DNA of 64,000 bases from Styela clava. Taxonomy: Eukaryota. Below the pieces are notes generated by a model that was not told where the DNA came from, ran no database searches, and worked only from the letters and a program-made list of their open reading frames with translations. This document shows, in pieces, positions 54,701 through 64,000 of this stretch; position 1 is the stretch's first letter; every line of letters begins with the position of its first letter. The position numbers and the translations under genes were made by a program. The stretch covers positions 9,486,001 through 9,550,000 of the forward strand of contig NC_135260.1 in the NCBI RefSeq assembly GCF_964204865.1, read 5' to 3'.

Positions 54701-57700
54701 TAAATTGCCATTGTTACGTCATCGTAAACTTATTGCTGATTGGACATTGTTACGGAAAAAAAACAAGATACTTGCTATCCATTTGCAACGATGTATCTCA
54801 AACTTTACCCACCTCGATGAATCCAATATGTGTAAACTCTCGATTGACTTTTGCTCGGTTTCTCTCTGAATTCTTTATTTTGTTCAGAACTCTTCTTACT
54901 TCAGTGAAATTATTTAGGTCTACAGTGTATACGTACGGTTCTCCTAAAAGTTTTTCATAAATCAATTTTGTTACAATTTCAATTTTGTTAGGAAATCATT
55001 TTTTAATATATATATATATTATAACCATGTTTGGATCAATTTGGGAATGATTCTTAATATTTAACAGACAAATAAAACTGCATTTCAAAGTTTTTCTGTA
55101 GTAGTTCGTCATGTATACCTAGAAATAAACATTATTTCTGAATCTATTTGAATTTCACTAGTTTGTTCTAGTTGTTTTTGCGAATTTTTTCGTTTGGCTA
55201 CATTTTAGCAAGCTATGACATATTCCGTTTTTACGTCGATTATTGCATGGATAATATTAAAAATCAAAACGAGAATATCGGTCGGAGACCGAAGACTTAT
55301 CGATCGAAACTGCGGTTTCGATTCACGAATCTATAGTGACACCGCGTGTCCCATCACTATTTAATTAATAACTCGCTAATAATACGACATAACTCATCCA
55401 AAATCAATAGGCTTCTGGTCCGAGATACGATGATTGCACATGCAAAATTTGGAGCAGATTCAACCTCGTTTTCGTGAGCTATCGCGTGCTTCTAACAGAC
55501 AAACAAACAAACAGACAAATACCTATCAACATACTTACCGATCAAGATCGATAAAGAATAAGCCAAAAGTTCGATTTTTGAATACACAGCTAATGATAAA
55601 TGGGAAGATTCTAAACTTATTACAGTACACTATATATGTGTCATTGTGAAAATTTTTAACAAATGTTTACGTACCGATAAAATTTTCTGCGTACGGATTT
55701 TGCGACGTCAGACGTCGGCTTGTTGGTTTTCCGTGATGTGCGTCGAGAGGAGGCAAAAATTTCGGATTTAGAAATATCACTCCATTTGACACTGCTTCCA
55801 AAGCAGCTGGACCTTCCACTGGAAAGCCAAGACCGACGTATATTTTCGACGATTTGAGCAATTTTGTAAATTCGTCTTGACCAAGTGAACCATGATTTGT
55901 GACGTATTCGGGCAAAAAATGCTGATCGCCCTATAAGTGATAATGTATGGTATTGGTACGTCGTTTATAATATGGAGTATAACATGAATGATAACCATAG
56001 ATTCAATATTTTCATAGCCGCAATATACACTCACTGTTTTGGTTTGCATCAAAACTTTCGGATTGATTTGAATGTGTGTTAATGAACTCTTGTTCGAAGC
56101 TATATATAGTATATATATATATTAACACCCCATAAAATATCTAAAACAATTATCCAGTGCGCTTATATTTTTACATGTTATATTCAGTATATATTGCGAT
56201 TTCCATAACAATGAATCAATTAGGGATTGATGTTTAGTGAATTCAATATTGGATTAGACACAAAACTTTAAAAAATTGGGTTCTTTATTGATTATTGATA
56301 TTCAAACCTACCATATTAGTTTCCATCGTAGCATGAATATCATCAAAGAATTTATGGAGAATATCCAGAAACTTTAGCTTTCCTCTGCCTTCCAAATATT
56401 TTGCTCTTTTTCCATATAAAAGTACTCTTCCTCTAGAAATTACCAGATGATAATATTATTGTTACCATGATAACAAGGAAAAAGGAAAGTTATAGAATAT
56501 ATCATCAAATTCATTTGAGATTTAAATTTATATGTTTACTATATTCTAACTCTGTCTACAGTTGTACTCAGCCACCATGTTGCAGGCCATAATTTTTAGG
56601 TTCAATCTTGTGTTTTATTGTTTTATTAAACTAAACATCCGAGGTTCCCAAACTTATGAAATAACGCGGATAAAAAAAAATTTCCGATTCGATATAGTAC
56701 GTAGGTATCTGCCGTAGAATTATATGTATGTAATCTGTTAGTATTAACACTCACTTTATTACATCATTATTGCCCAAGGTATCTGATGTCCTCACGGCAA
56801 ATCCTAAGAATGAATTATCAGGAGAATGTGGAAAATGGGTGTAAAATTGTCTGGGATCTAATCCCTTTCCTGTAATATGTAAAAATAAATATTTGATTTG
56901 CAAAGTTACACTCTTATTACAAAACGCGCTCGCATTTTACTCATAGGTTAAGTTGCGATCTTACTGCAAATTACACAGAATTCGAGCGAACTTATTAATT
57001 TAGCTCCATGGTATTAAACTTATATTGTAGTAACTTGTTTAAAGAAGCGATGAGTTAGATGTTAGAACATTTAGGGTCAAAGGTCAAACGTATTTAAAAT
57101 TTCCGACATGTTCTATTCCAAAGCCCCATAATACACCGCAGAAGATATGCTTTCGCCGACCCTGACAATCTCTCAATTTCTACAACCTGTGTATGTCGAT
57201 GGGCTTGATTGAAACACTGGCCTGATTAATGCTAAACCAAAATCGATAACTGCTAGGCTAATATAGTTGGGCCAACATGTTTGCTATCAAATTATTTCGA
57301 TATATTTGTGACGATTTGTTTCATTTTCAGCTAAGTACCATTCCTGCTTTGAAAAGAACAATTATATACCTCCCCATGTTCCAGAACTTGAATCTTTGTT
57401 TTTATATCTTGGATGATTGTATTCTGGTTCCGTACCATAAACATCGAGGATTCTCAATTTACATCTGTAATTATTCAATGTTCCTAATGTTGTTTTCATC
57501 TGTAAAATATGACAAATAAATTTGTTGCTTCACCGTATAAAAGAACGTGTCAGTATACACTCTGAAAAAATGAAAATTAAATTTACGAAATTGAAACAAA
57601 TTTCGATTATTTAATTCAATTATGACGTAGAACATTGATCTTTAAACTTGTTCGCAGAGGGAACATAGACGGGCGAATTACATTATTTGAACAAAGCCTT

Positions 57701-60700
57701 AATTAAAGTTTAGGAATATTTGACCTTTAAGGTCGATCTCTTAGAGACCTAGATTAGAGACAATTTTCCATCCATTTGCTGAAGCGGTCCCTTGAGCATT
57801 AATAATTCGAATTGTTTCAAGTTACGTGTCAACGGTATTTAGTGACATCTTTACCGCAACAATGGATATATAGTTCCTTGCGAATAAATCTGCGTTTTCG
57901 ACTTTTCTAATAGCGTCAGCAAAAACTGGAAATCTTACTTTGAATGAACTTACATTTAAAAAAATCGCAGACATGTCTTACATCAATAATTTAAAATTGG
58001 TATTTACTTGCTCTAATCCGTACATATCCGTGAATGCAATATCCGCCATTACTGCTTTGTTGCAATCGTTCCCGAAGTCGTACCGCGGTTTCAAAAGTTG
58101 ATTGAGTCGATCTTGTGACCAAGAAAGTATGACATCATGGCCTAGTAATTCCAAAGTGGCAGCCAAATCCGCCCATTGCACTAATTCCCCAAGCGGTCCA
58201 CCAGAAAAGGCACCCTCTCCAAAATTCAGTCCATATTCTTTCGTGAGCAACCCCATGTGCAGAATAATCGTTTGACGACGACGTTTCGCGTACTTTTGCT
58301 TTTCTTCGTTTTTGATTGGCTGGATATAATCACCATCAACTTCCATCTCTTTCTGATTGGCTAATTCAGAAATAGATGCCAACCAATCAGATTTATGATT
58401 CTGAATTCTGGTTTTCATCCACTCGCACACCTGTATCAAGTCCAAATTAGATATTATTAGGTTGCTGTTTTTATAGTTCGAGCTCGGATGCAGGTTAGAT
58501 GATACTAAAATTATCTAGCACGAATTTTGTTGGATTGTTTTATTTTTATGACCACATTCTTCACAACTTCAAAGTAATGCTGCTGTTCGGACTCTTTCAA
58601 GTAACAGAACGTCTTCTTTATCCCCGTGTTGCAAGCTGGCATATTCGGGCATTCCACAAAATGCTGCAATTCTATCAAATTAAACTATTGTATAAAAGCA
58701 GTGAGTTGATTACATATTTACGTCGTTGATTGACATATCATTCAAGATGTGTAGTTTGAATCAAAACGTACCCTGCCACAATCCTCCATTTTGTTGATTA
58801 GCGTTTCTAAAGTAATTCTGCACTTTGCAATTGGTAGTTTTCCGTTTTCAAGCAACAGTAGTTTTGATTTGGCGGCCGAAAGATGAGAAAATGCTTGATG
58901 AGATGATTCAGGTTCCGGGCAGGTTTTTTCCACGTATACCAAGTACTTTAGAACAGAACATTCTGAACCTATGAACGAATGAAATATATTGGAAACGGCA
59001 TTACGAATTCGTTTGCCTCTTTTCCTATGAACATTCACGCGTCTGCTTAAGCGTATATATTACAAACTTTACTTACTGTTTTGGTGTATCCCGTACATAT
59101 TAAAACATTTATTCAATTTTTCTAGTTCAGTCAAATATTGAAGTCTTTTAGCACAGTGTTTGTCTCTTATATTTACAGTTATTTTATCGCAATTCACAGT
59201 GAGAAGTGGTTCCGATCGATGACGCAGTGATGCCTGTATATAAAAACCAAAATATGTGTCGTTATAGTAAAACAAGATAATTGATATCGCCCGAAGACCC
59301 ATGTTATAAAAGGGATTATATTTTTATGTTAAAAAAAAATTCAATTTTATATCATTACGCATTTGAAGAAGGAATGTTATCCACGAGCGAAGTGTAGCTA
59401 GAGCCATTTTAGGGGTACCAGTATCTATTTACATCACTGCGATATATTTCGGTTTTATGGTGTTGAGAACTTCTATTATGACGTCACTTTCTACCTTTCC
59501 CCTCTCTATTTTCCCCAAAACTTGTCTCTAAATTCATATGATATTTAACAGTACCGCATTCATCGGGTCGATTTCATGTTGCTTAATGTCAAAAAATACT
59601 GTGAAACATTGTACTATCATACTCCGATAAAAAATGTAAAAATAAACTCAATTGGACTTGCCACATTGTTATCCAATTGTTTATGTTGAATCACAAGACG
59701 ATGATGAACAATCACGACCAGTACAATCCAAAAGAATGCAGCCAATCCAACAATTCCCTTCAAACTTCGGAAGGTTATATGAGAAATATCAAAATTCATT
59801 GTAGTTATTCCACGTGATTTCAAGTCATGCTGCGTTACAGACAGTATAATGGGTTCACTAAGGTCTATCCCCTTAGGCAGTTACTATTACACAAGCTGTA
59901 ATTCTTATGCATTTGCTATTGTCTAAGCCGGAATTTTCTTGGCATTTGCTATTGTAAAAACGGAATTTTTCTACGCAGTTGCTATTGTACAAGCTCGAAT
60001 TTTTTGATGGAAAGATGAAATTTAAAATCTGATCTAATAAAAAACAAATCATATTCAATTATTACGTTGAATATCTTCTCTGTTTACCCGTTCGAAAGTT
60101 ATAAACGAAACTTCATCAAAAATGTTTGCAGCTATGTAAGACGTTTGCTTTTCCTATTTCTTAATTTCACTTGTGAGATTATGTCACGTTCCTCGGTTTC
60201 TTATGTAAACTGATATATATATTTAGAAAGATGTTGAGATTCGAAGTCAAACAAATAGTTCACTTCGTAAAACTTAATATTGAAGCTAGTGCTTTCACGG
60301 CCTGAGACTAAGATGGTTGCGCTGAATAAACACAGAAAACAAACGTCCAAAATTATCCCGCAGTGAATAATGATATATCTGGAATTACATTGCAACTTCG
60401 TACATTCAAGTTTGCAGCAATTAACGATGAAAAATAAGATGCTATCTATACTGTCAAGAAGCAGTAGTAATCTTCGTTTTTGGTCCCGAGTAACAGATAA
60501 AGTCCTAGCCTAATCTGTCTATATTATTAAGGTCTATGATTTAACATTCAGCCAGTACTGTCTTCATATATATATAATTAGTTTATGCTCAATTCACCAA
60601 CTACTTGACTTAAAGTATTTCCAGAAGGTTTCCTCGACGACGGTGCACGAAATGCCCTAAGGGCATAATAGCGATCAAGTGTGCATACGCAACAACAACA

Positions 60701-63463
60701 AATGGGCATTATACATTAAGACTATACATAATAGGCAGTTTGTAAAAAAGACCAAGGAGACCAAGGTTGCGTCATGCAGAATACCCTTTTGTGGGTATCG
60801 CCACTGACACCACAACGATAAATTTGGATTAACCTTGTGCTTTTGGGTTTTGAGTGTTTAAATATTTTAGTACCATTGTAATACATACTTTACATACATA
60901 CTTCAAACTCCACGACTAGTTATCGTGTACGTATTGCATAAACTTATACTCTCCAACTGGGATTCTAGGCTGCTAAAAGTTTCGTTTTCCATACCTACTT
61001 TTCCAGTACCTACTTCCCAATAGCGTTGCTGACTTTCTTATATATCTCCCATTTTTGTACTTTGGGCATATTTTGTAATCGACATTTGACGCCTGGCCCC
61101 CTTTTTCTTAGGAATGGTTCATATCTTTCGCCAGCATTCAATAAAAATAAAGTCAAAATATATGATAAGTGAAATTCCTATTGCTTGTATTTACCCAGTG
61201 TAGAGTGATGCATCTTATCGATACTTTCCGATAGTTATATGACATATTTGAGCCAGACATGAAATGCTTATAGTTCGTCCACTTTTAATTTGCACTTGAC
61301 TGACTTTTAAAATCCTCATGGAGAAGCTAGCTATAAAAGTAAATATACAACCACACGTCCGACCTTTCGCATATTGCTTTGTTTTACCCAAAAGTTAAAT
61401 TTCTTTGTTTTGTGACATTGTGTAGCAAAGGTGTGGTAGTGTTCTACATATATTGGTCCTAAAATTCGTTATTTTAATAGGTTTGTGCGCCTGGTTGTAA
61501 TATCTTTTGTAGCTGGACTACCCATTTTAAAAAAAGCATATCTCAAATTTGATGCTGTTAGCAGAGTACGCGGACGAATAGAACTGACAACCGTTACTGC
61601 CAATTTGTCAGCGTCAAAAAATCTTTACACTAATATTTAGTTAACATATATGTGTAGCAATTCTAAGAATGTTTCTAATTCTCAAATCAGCAGTTCTTTA
61701 TGTATTATACATGTAGTCTATATTTGCTATAGATGAAATAAAGATCATATATTTCTTTTACTTTTTAGGTTGTGAAATATTATCACATTTGAGTACAGAG
61801 GAATACGAAACGGTTATCAAACTAATTCAACACGCAATCATTAGCACAGATCTTGCGGTGTATTTTAAGAAGAGAGGCAATTTCTTGAAATTGTTGGAAA
61901 GTGGAAAATCTGATTGGAAAAACAATGAAGAGCACCGAAAGCTGTTGAGGTAAGATTTAGTGCTCCACCCTCTCGACCACTCACTCTCGCTTTACTCTTT
62001 CTGTACCCCATTCCCTCCTTTGCCCCAACCGCCTCTCCAATACCACTAATCTCAAATCTGTCTACTGTTACATGCACTCACTCAGAATTTCCTGATATAT
62101 AATGTACAGGCCTTTACGACATATACTCTATGCTAGATTCTCTCAAAATATACCAAAAAGCAGTTTTGTTGTTTAGTCAAACAATATTTTCTTATTTTTG
62201 TTGTTTACTTCGACAATTACACTATAGGTATTATTAAAATATTTTTCTAACAAGTCATTCCACTATAACAGGGGTATCTTGATAACAGGATGCGATATAG
62301 CTGCCATAACAAAACCATGGAATGTCCAGAAAAAGGTAGTTGCAACTCCGTGATTGCGTCATGCTATACGTCATCAATTTTTTTTTTACTTATATATATA
62401 TAACTCTTATATATGCAAGTGCACGGTAGTCCTATGTCACGCAATCAAAATTATTATTATGATATTGTAATACATATGCAAGCGCAGGTTGTAACTCTCT
62501 GTTTGCTCGCTGTAGCTGTATCTTCTACTACAATAATACATAATTGCGACGGAATATTACCACAAACCCTGCATAGATAGATTACAACTCCAGTTAAAGA
62601 CAAGGTTCAAAAATTCGATACCTTTTTACAAAAAAAACTTAAAAAAATATCGTAGCAGTCAGAGCTTATTTACAAAAACGATCATTTTTATTAAAAATAT
62701 ATTCCTGGAGTTTGTACAAGGCGTCTATATATACTATACGATTAATGTTGAAAACGAATTGTTACCGGCATAATTTCTCAAATATGTAGTTGCTGCACGC
62801 GACAGTATATAATACATTCCTGAAGCGAATTTGCACAGGGAACTTTCATGCGTTACGTAGTTCTGCGCAATTTTTTCATACCTGTAAATTACTAACTCAT
62901 TGAAAAGATTTATAATTATGAATCGTTGGCGAAATCACAAGACGAATAATTTGAATTGGTGTTATAATCACTGACACTAATCAATCCTTACTTACGGACG
63001 CAGCATCAAATAGTAACCAAGGCGGCTTTCGACAGCAGTATTTTTTCTCGCGTATTTATATGAATACTTCTGATTTCATTTCACATTAATGATCGAAGTG
63101 ATCGCTTAATTTAAAATTGACCAAAGTTCTGGTGTTATTGAGGCTACTATGCCCCGTGAAAAGTATTTTTATTCCGGCGGAAATAAATTTTACGGCAGCC
63201 TCGAAACGCTTGTTTCCGTTGTGGCAGTCTTAATTCGACTGTTTGCAATTGAAGGACAGTAGTCATGACGCAATCAATATATTATCCTTTGTGACGTCAT
63301 CACACGCAAATTTTTCATCTTAGTTGCAACGCCTTCATCATTTTTGACTTTTTCGCAAATCTATTTTTAATTTTTGCCCATGTCTTGCATATTATGCAGG
63401 GGCATGATCATGACTGGCACAGATATTTCGGCAATTTCAAAGCCGTGGATTATACAAAGCAAG
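39758..63463 (+). CDS. PDE5A: Dual-GAF cGMP phosphodiesterase (PDE5/PDE11-like), spliced, 3'-incomplete in the window
   Basis: Exons (GT-AG, phases consistent except the exon 2-3 junction): 39758-39785, 40655-40761 or 40789, 42202 or 42207-42394, 43158-43347, 44526-44627, 45056-45175, 45439-45528, 46433-46603, 47210-47348, 48043-48179, 48620-48667, 49101-49176, 49429-49595, 49729-49779, 50655-50801, 50971-51057, 51618-51748, 52168-52256, 61769-61949, then 62272-62335 or 63400-63463. Motifs: [23 protein letters not shown] (PDE5 RKISASE PKG site), GAF-A (ADRCSLF...RSILCMPI...VAQVINK...FTERDE), GAF-B (SLICMPI...QLINK...FSTSDE), and catalytic [31 protein letters not shown]-x5-KPW. An in-frame stop (TGA 39704) lies upstream of the ATG. 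PDE5 versus PDE11 orthology is not certain because the catalytic motifs are mixed. Confidence 0.93.
40049..40150. mobile_element. Short subfamily copy of the long-TIR MITE (PDE intron 1)
   Basis: Near-identical arms to the 9110-9221 copy. Confidence 0.78.
48699..48885. mobile_element. Possible degenerate Tc1/mariner-type MITE
   Basis: TA-flanked ends tactgggtgaccaataaaaa / ttttttgagatcgcctata are weakly inverted. Confidence 0.3.
50026..50261. mobile_element. MITE with 80-bp terminal inverted repeats (PIF/Harbinger-like), full copy
   Basis: TIRs 50026-50105 and 50182-50261 (GGTACTCCCGAAGTATG...CATACTTCGGGAGTACC), flanked by TTA on both sides (3-bp TSD). Confidence 0.85.
51160..51486 (-). mobile_element. 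tRNA-derived SINE
   Basis: Minus strand begins GGCGGTGTGGCACATAGTGTTAAGCG (A-box-like), then GGGTTCGC (B-box-like), then a GGTTTCCTCCACC core-like segment. It is a GC-rich island in an AT-rich intron. Only one copy is in the window. Confidence 0.6.
52345..52732. mobile_element. hAT-like MITE
   Basis: TIRs TAGGGCTAGGCATTTCGAAT / ATTCGAAATTACCCAGCCCTA with internal TTCGAATC/GATTCGA repeats. TSD is degenerate. Confidence 0.7.
52841..52846 (-). promoter_or_regulatory. Candidate polyadenylation signal of MGAT5
   Basis: AATAAA on the minus strand about 420 nt after the MGAT5 stop codon. The hexamer is common in AT-rich DNA. Confidence 0.4.
53263..59799 (-). CDS. MGAT5: Alpha-1,6-mannosylglycoprotein 6-beta-N-acetylglucosaminyltransferase (GnT-V), complete, 11 coding exons, about 712 aa, nested in a PDE intron
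   Basis: Exons (minus): 59799-59662, 59233-59077, 58968-58772, 58430-57982, 57464-57370, 56869-56755, 56432-56312, 55930-55675, 54943-54813, 54169-54050, 53622-53263. All phases are compatible and total 2139 nt. Type-II signal anchor [17 protein letters not shown]. Family motifs: [13 protein letters not shown] (catalytic Glu), [49 protein letters not shown], and the Cys-rich C-terminus QSDPLLFSC...RLCPCR...QVALC. Confidence 0.95.
55268..55554. mobile_element. Helentron/HINE (DINE-1-like) element, family 2, in an MGAT5 intron
   Basis: AACGAG end, hairpin TCGGTC-gga-GACCGA, subterminal inverted repeat TTATCGATC (55297) / GATCGATAA (55546), and an internal (ACAA/ACAG)n microsatellite. Confidence 0.6.
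59908..60005. repeat. About 33-bp tandem repeat x3 just upstream of the MGAT5 start
   Basis: Three degenerate copies of gcatttgctattgt-N-ggaatttt. Confidence 0.75.
62272..62335 (+). CDS. PDE catalytic-domain exon, variant A ([21 protein letters not shown])
   Basis: CTAAC branch-like motif at 62247, acAG acceptor, 64 nt, phase 2 in and 0 out, AG|GTAGTT donor. Homologous to PDE5 [20 protein letters not shown]. Confidence 0.9.
63400..63463 (+). CDS. PDE catalytic-domain exon, variant B ([21 protein letters not shown]), tandem paralogue of exon A
   Basis: tgcAG acceptor, 64 nt, same phases as exon A, AG|GTATAA donor, open frame, conserved D, A, KPW and Q. Confidence 0.85.
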
Positions 63464-64000
63464 GTATAAATGGTACAAGTAAAAAAAACAATGAAGTATT
63501 CCTCCGCCAACTTCGATCTTTCACACCCTGACTATATAGTTTCAGTTGTCCATAATTGGCCGATAATTATATCAAAACAATTCCACACACTCAGTGTGAA
63601 AAGATATACCTAGCGCAAAATAAGCAAAAATTTTCCACTGGGTACCCTGTTGGATCAAGTAAATAACAATCTGACGAATTTTCCAATTTTGGTCATCTGA
63701 TAACTTGAAAGTCAGGATTAGCTCTTACTAACCAATTGACTAGCACTTTAATTTGCCCGGGCAACCTATAATACCAATAATTATTCATCATTGCATTGTG
63801 TATATAGATTTGCTTGCTGCGCTAATGCATCGCATATTTGATCGCTCTGCGTAGGACCGCGTATGGCCGTATGGATAAGCAATCGCAATCTTCGTTTCCT
63901 TACTTTATTTTCTTTTAACAATTGAGCTAAAACGATATACGCATGTCTGTTGTAACCAATATCCGCAATGAATATCTGGATGAAAAGTTGTAGGCTGTGT

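Noticed and set aside
58555-58672. Coding-looking stretch with an AG acceptor inside MGAT5 intron 3
   Set aside because: The required phase 0 hits a stop codon, and the flanking exons already join in frame and match GnT-V.
1-64000. Prokaryotic-type systems (CRISPR arrays, operons, rRNA/tRNA genes) or an autonomous transposase
   Set aside because: The sequence is spliced eukaryotic DNA. I saw no repeat-spacer array, structural RNA gene or long transposase/RT ORF.

Overview
AT-rich, intron-rich animal genomic DNA. An invertebrate chordate such as an ascidian is my inference, not something the sequence proves. Most ORFs in the supplied track are spurious, so I rebuilt three spliced genes by hand. 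(1) The 5' end of a cGMP-dependent protein kinase I gene (PRKG1-like, minus strand, coding exons 15283-15152 and 10564-10401), which continues off the left edge. (2) About 24.5 kb away and divergently oriented, a dual-GAF cGMP phosphodiesterase (PDE5/11-like, plus strand, from ATG 39758, about 780 codons in the window), which continues off the right edge and keeps the PKG phosphorylation motif. (3) A complete 11-exon MGAT5 (GnT-V) gene nested antisense in one 9.5-kb PDE intron. The most striking feature is a pair of tandem, homologous 64-nt PDE exons (62272-62335 and 63400-63463) with identical phases. They encode the metal-ligand Asp and KPW segment of the active site and cannot both be included in frame, so they are candidate mutually exclusive exons. 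The intron between them carries complementary sequences that could form an RNA switch. Introns and the intergenic region hold many short non-autonomous transposons (Harbinger-like and hAT-like MITEs, Helentron/HINE-like elements, a tRNA-derived SINE) and a long near-perfect palindrome.
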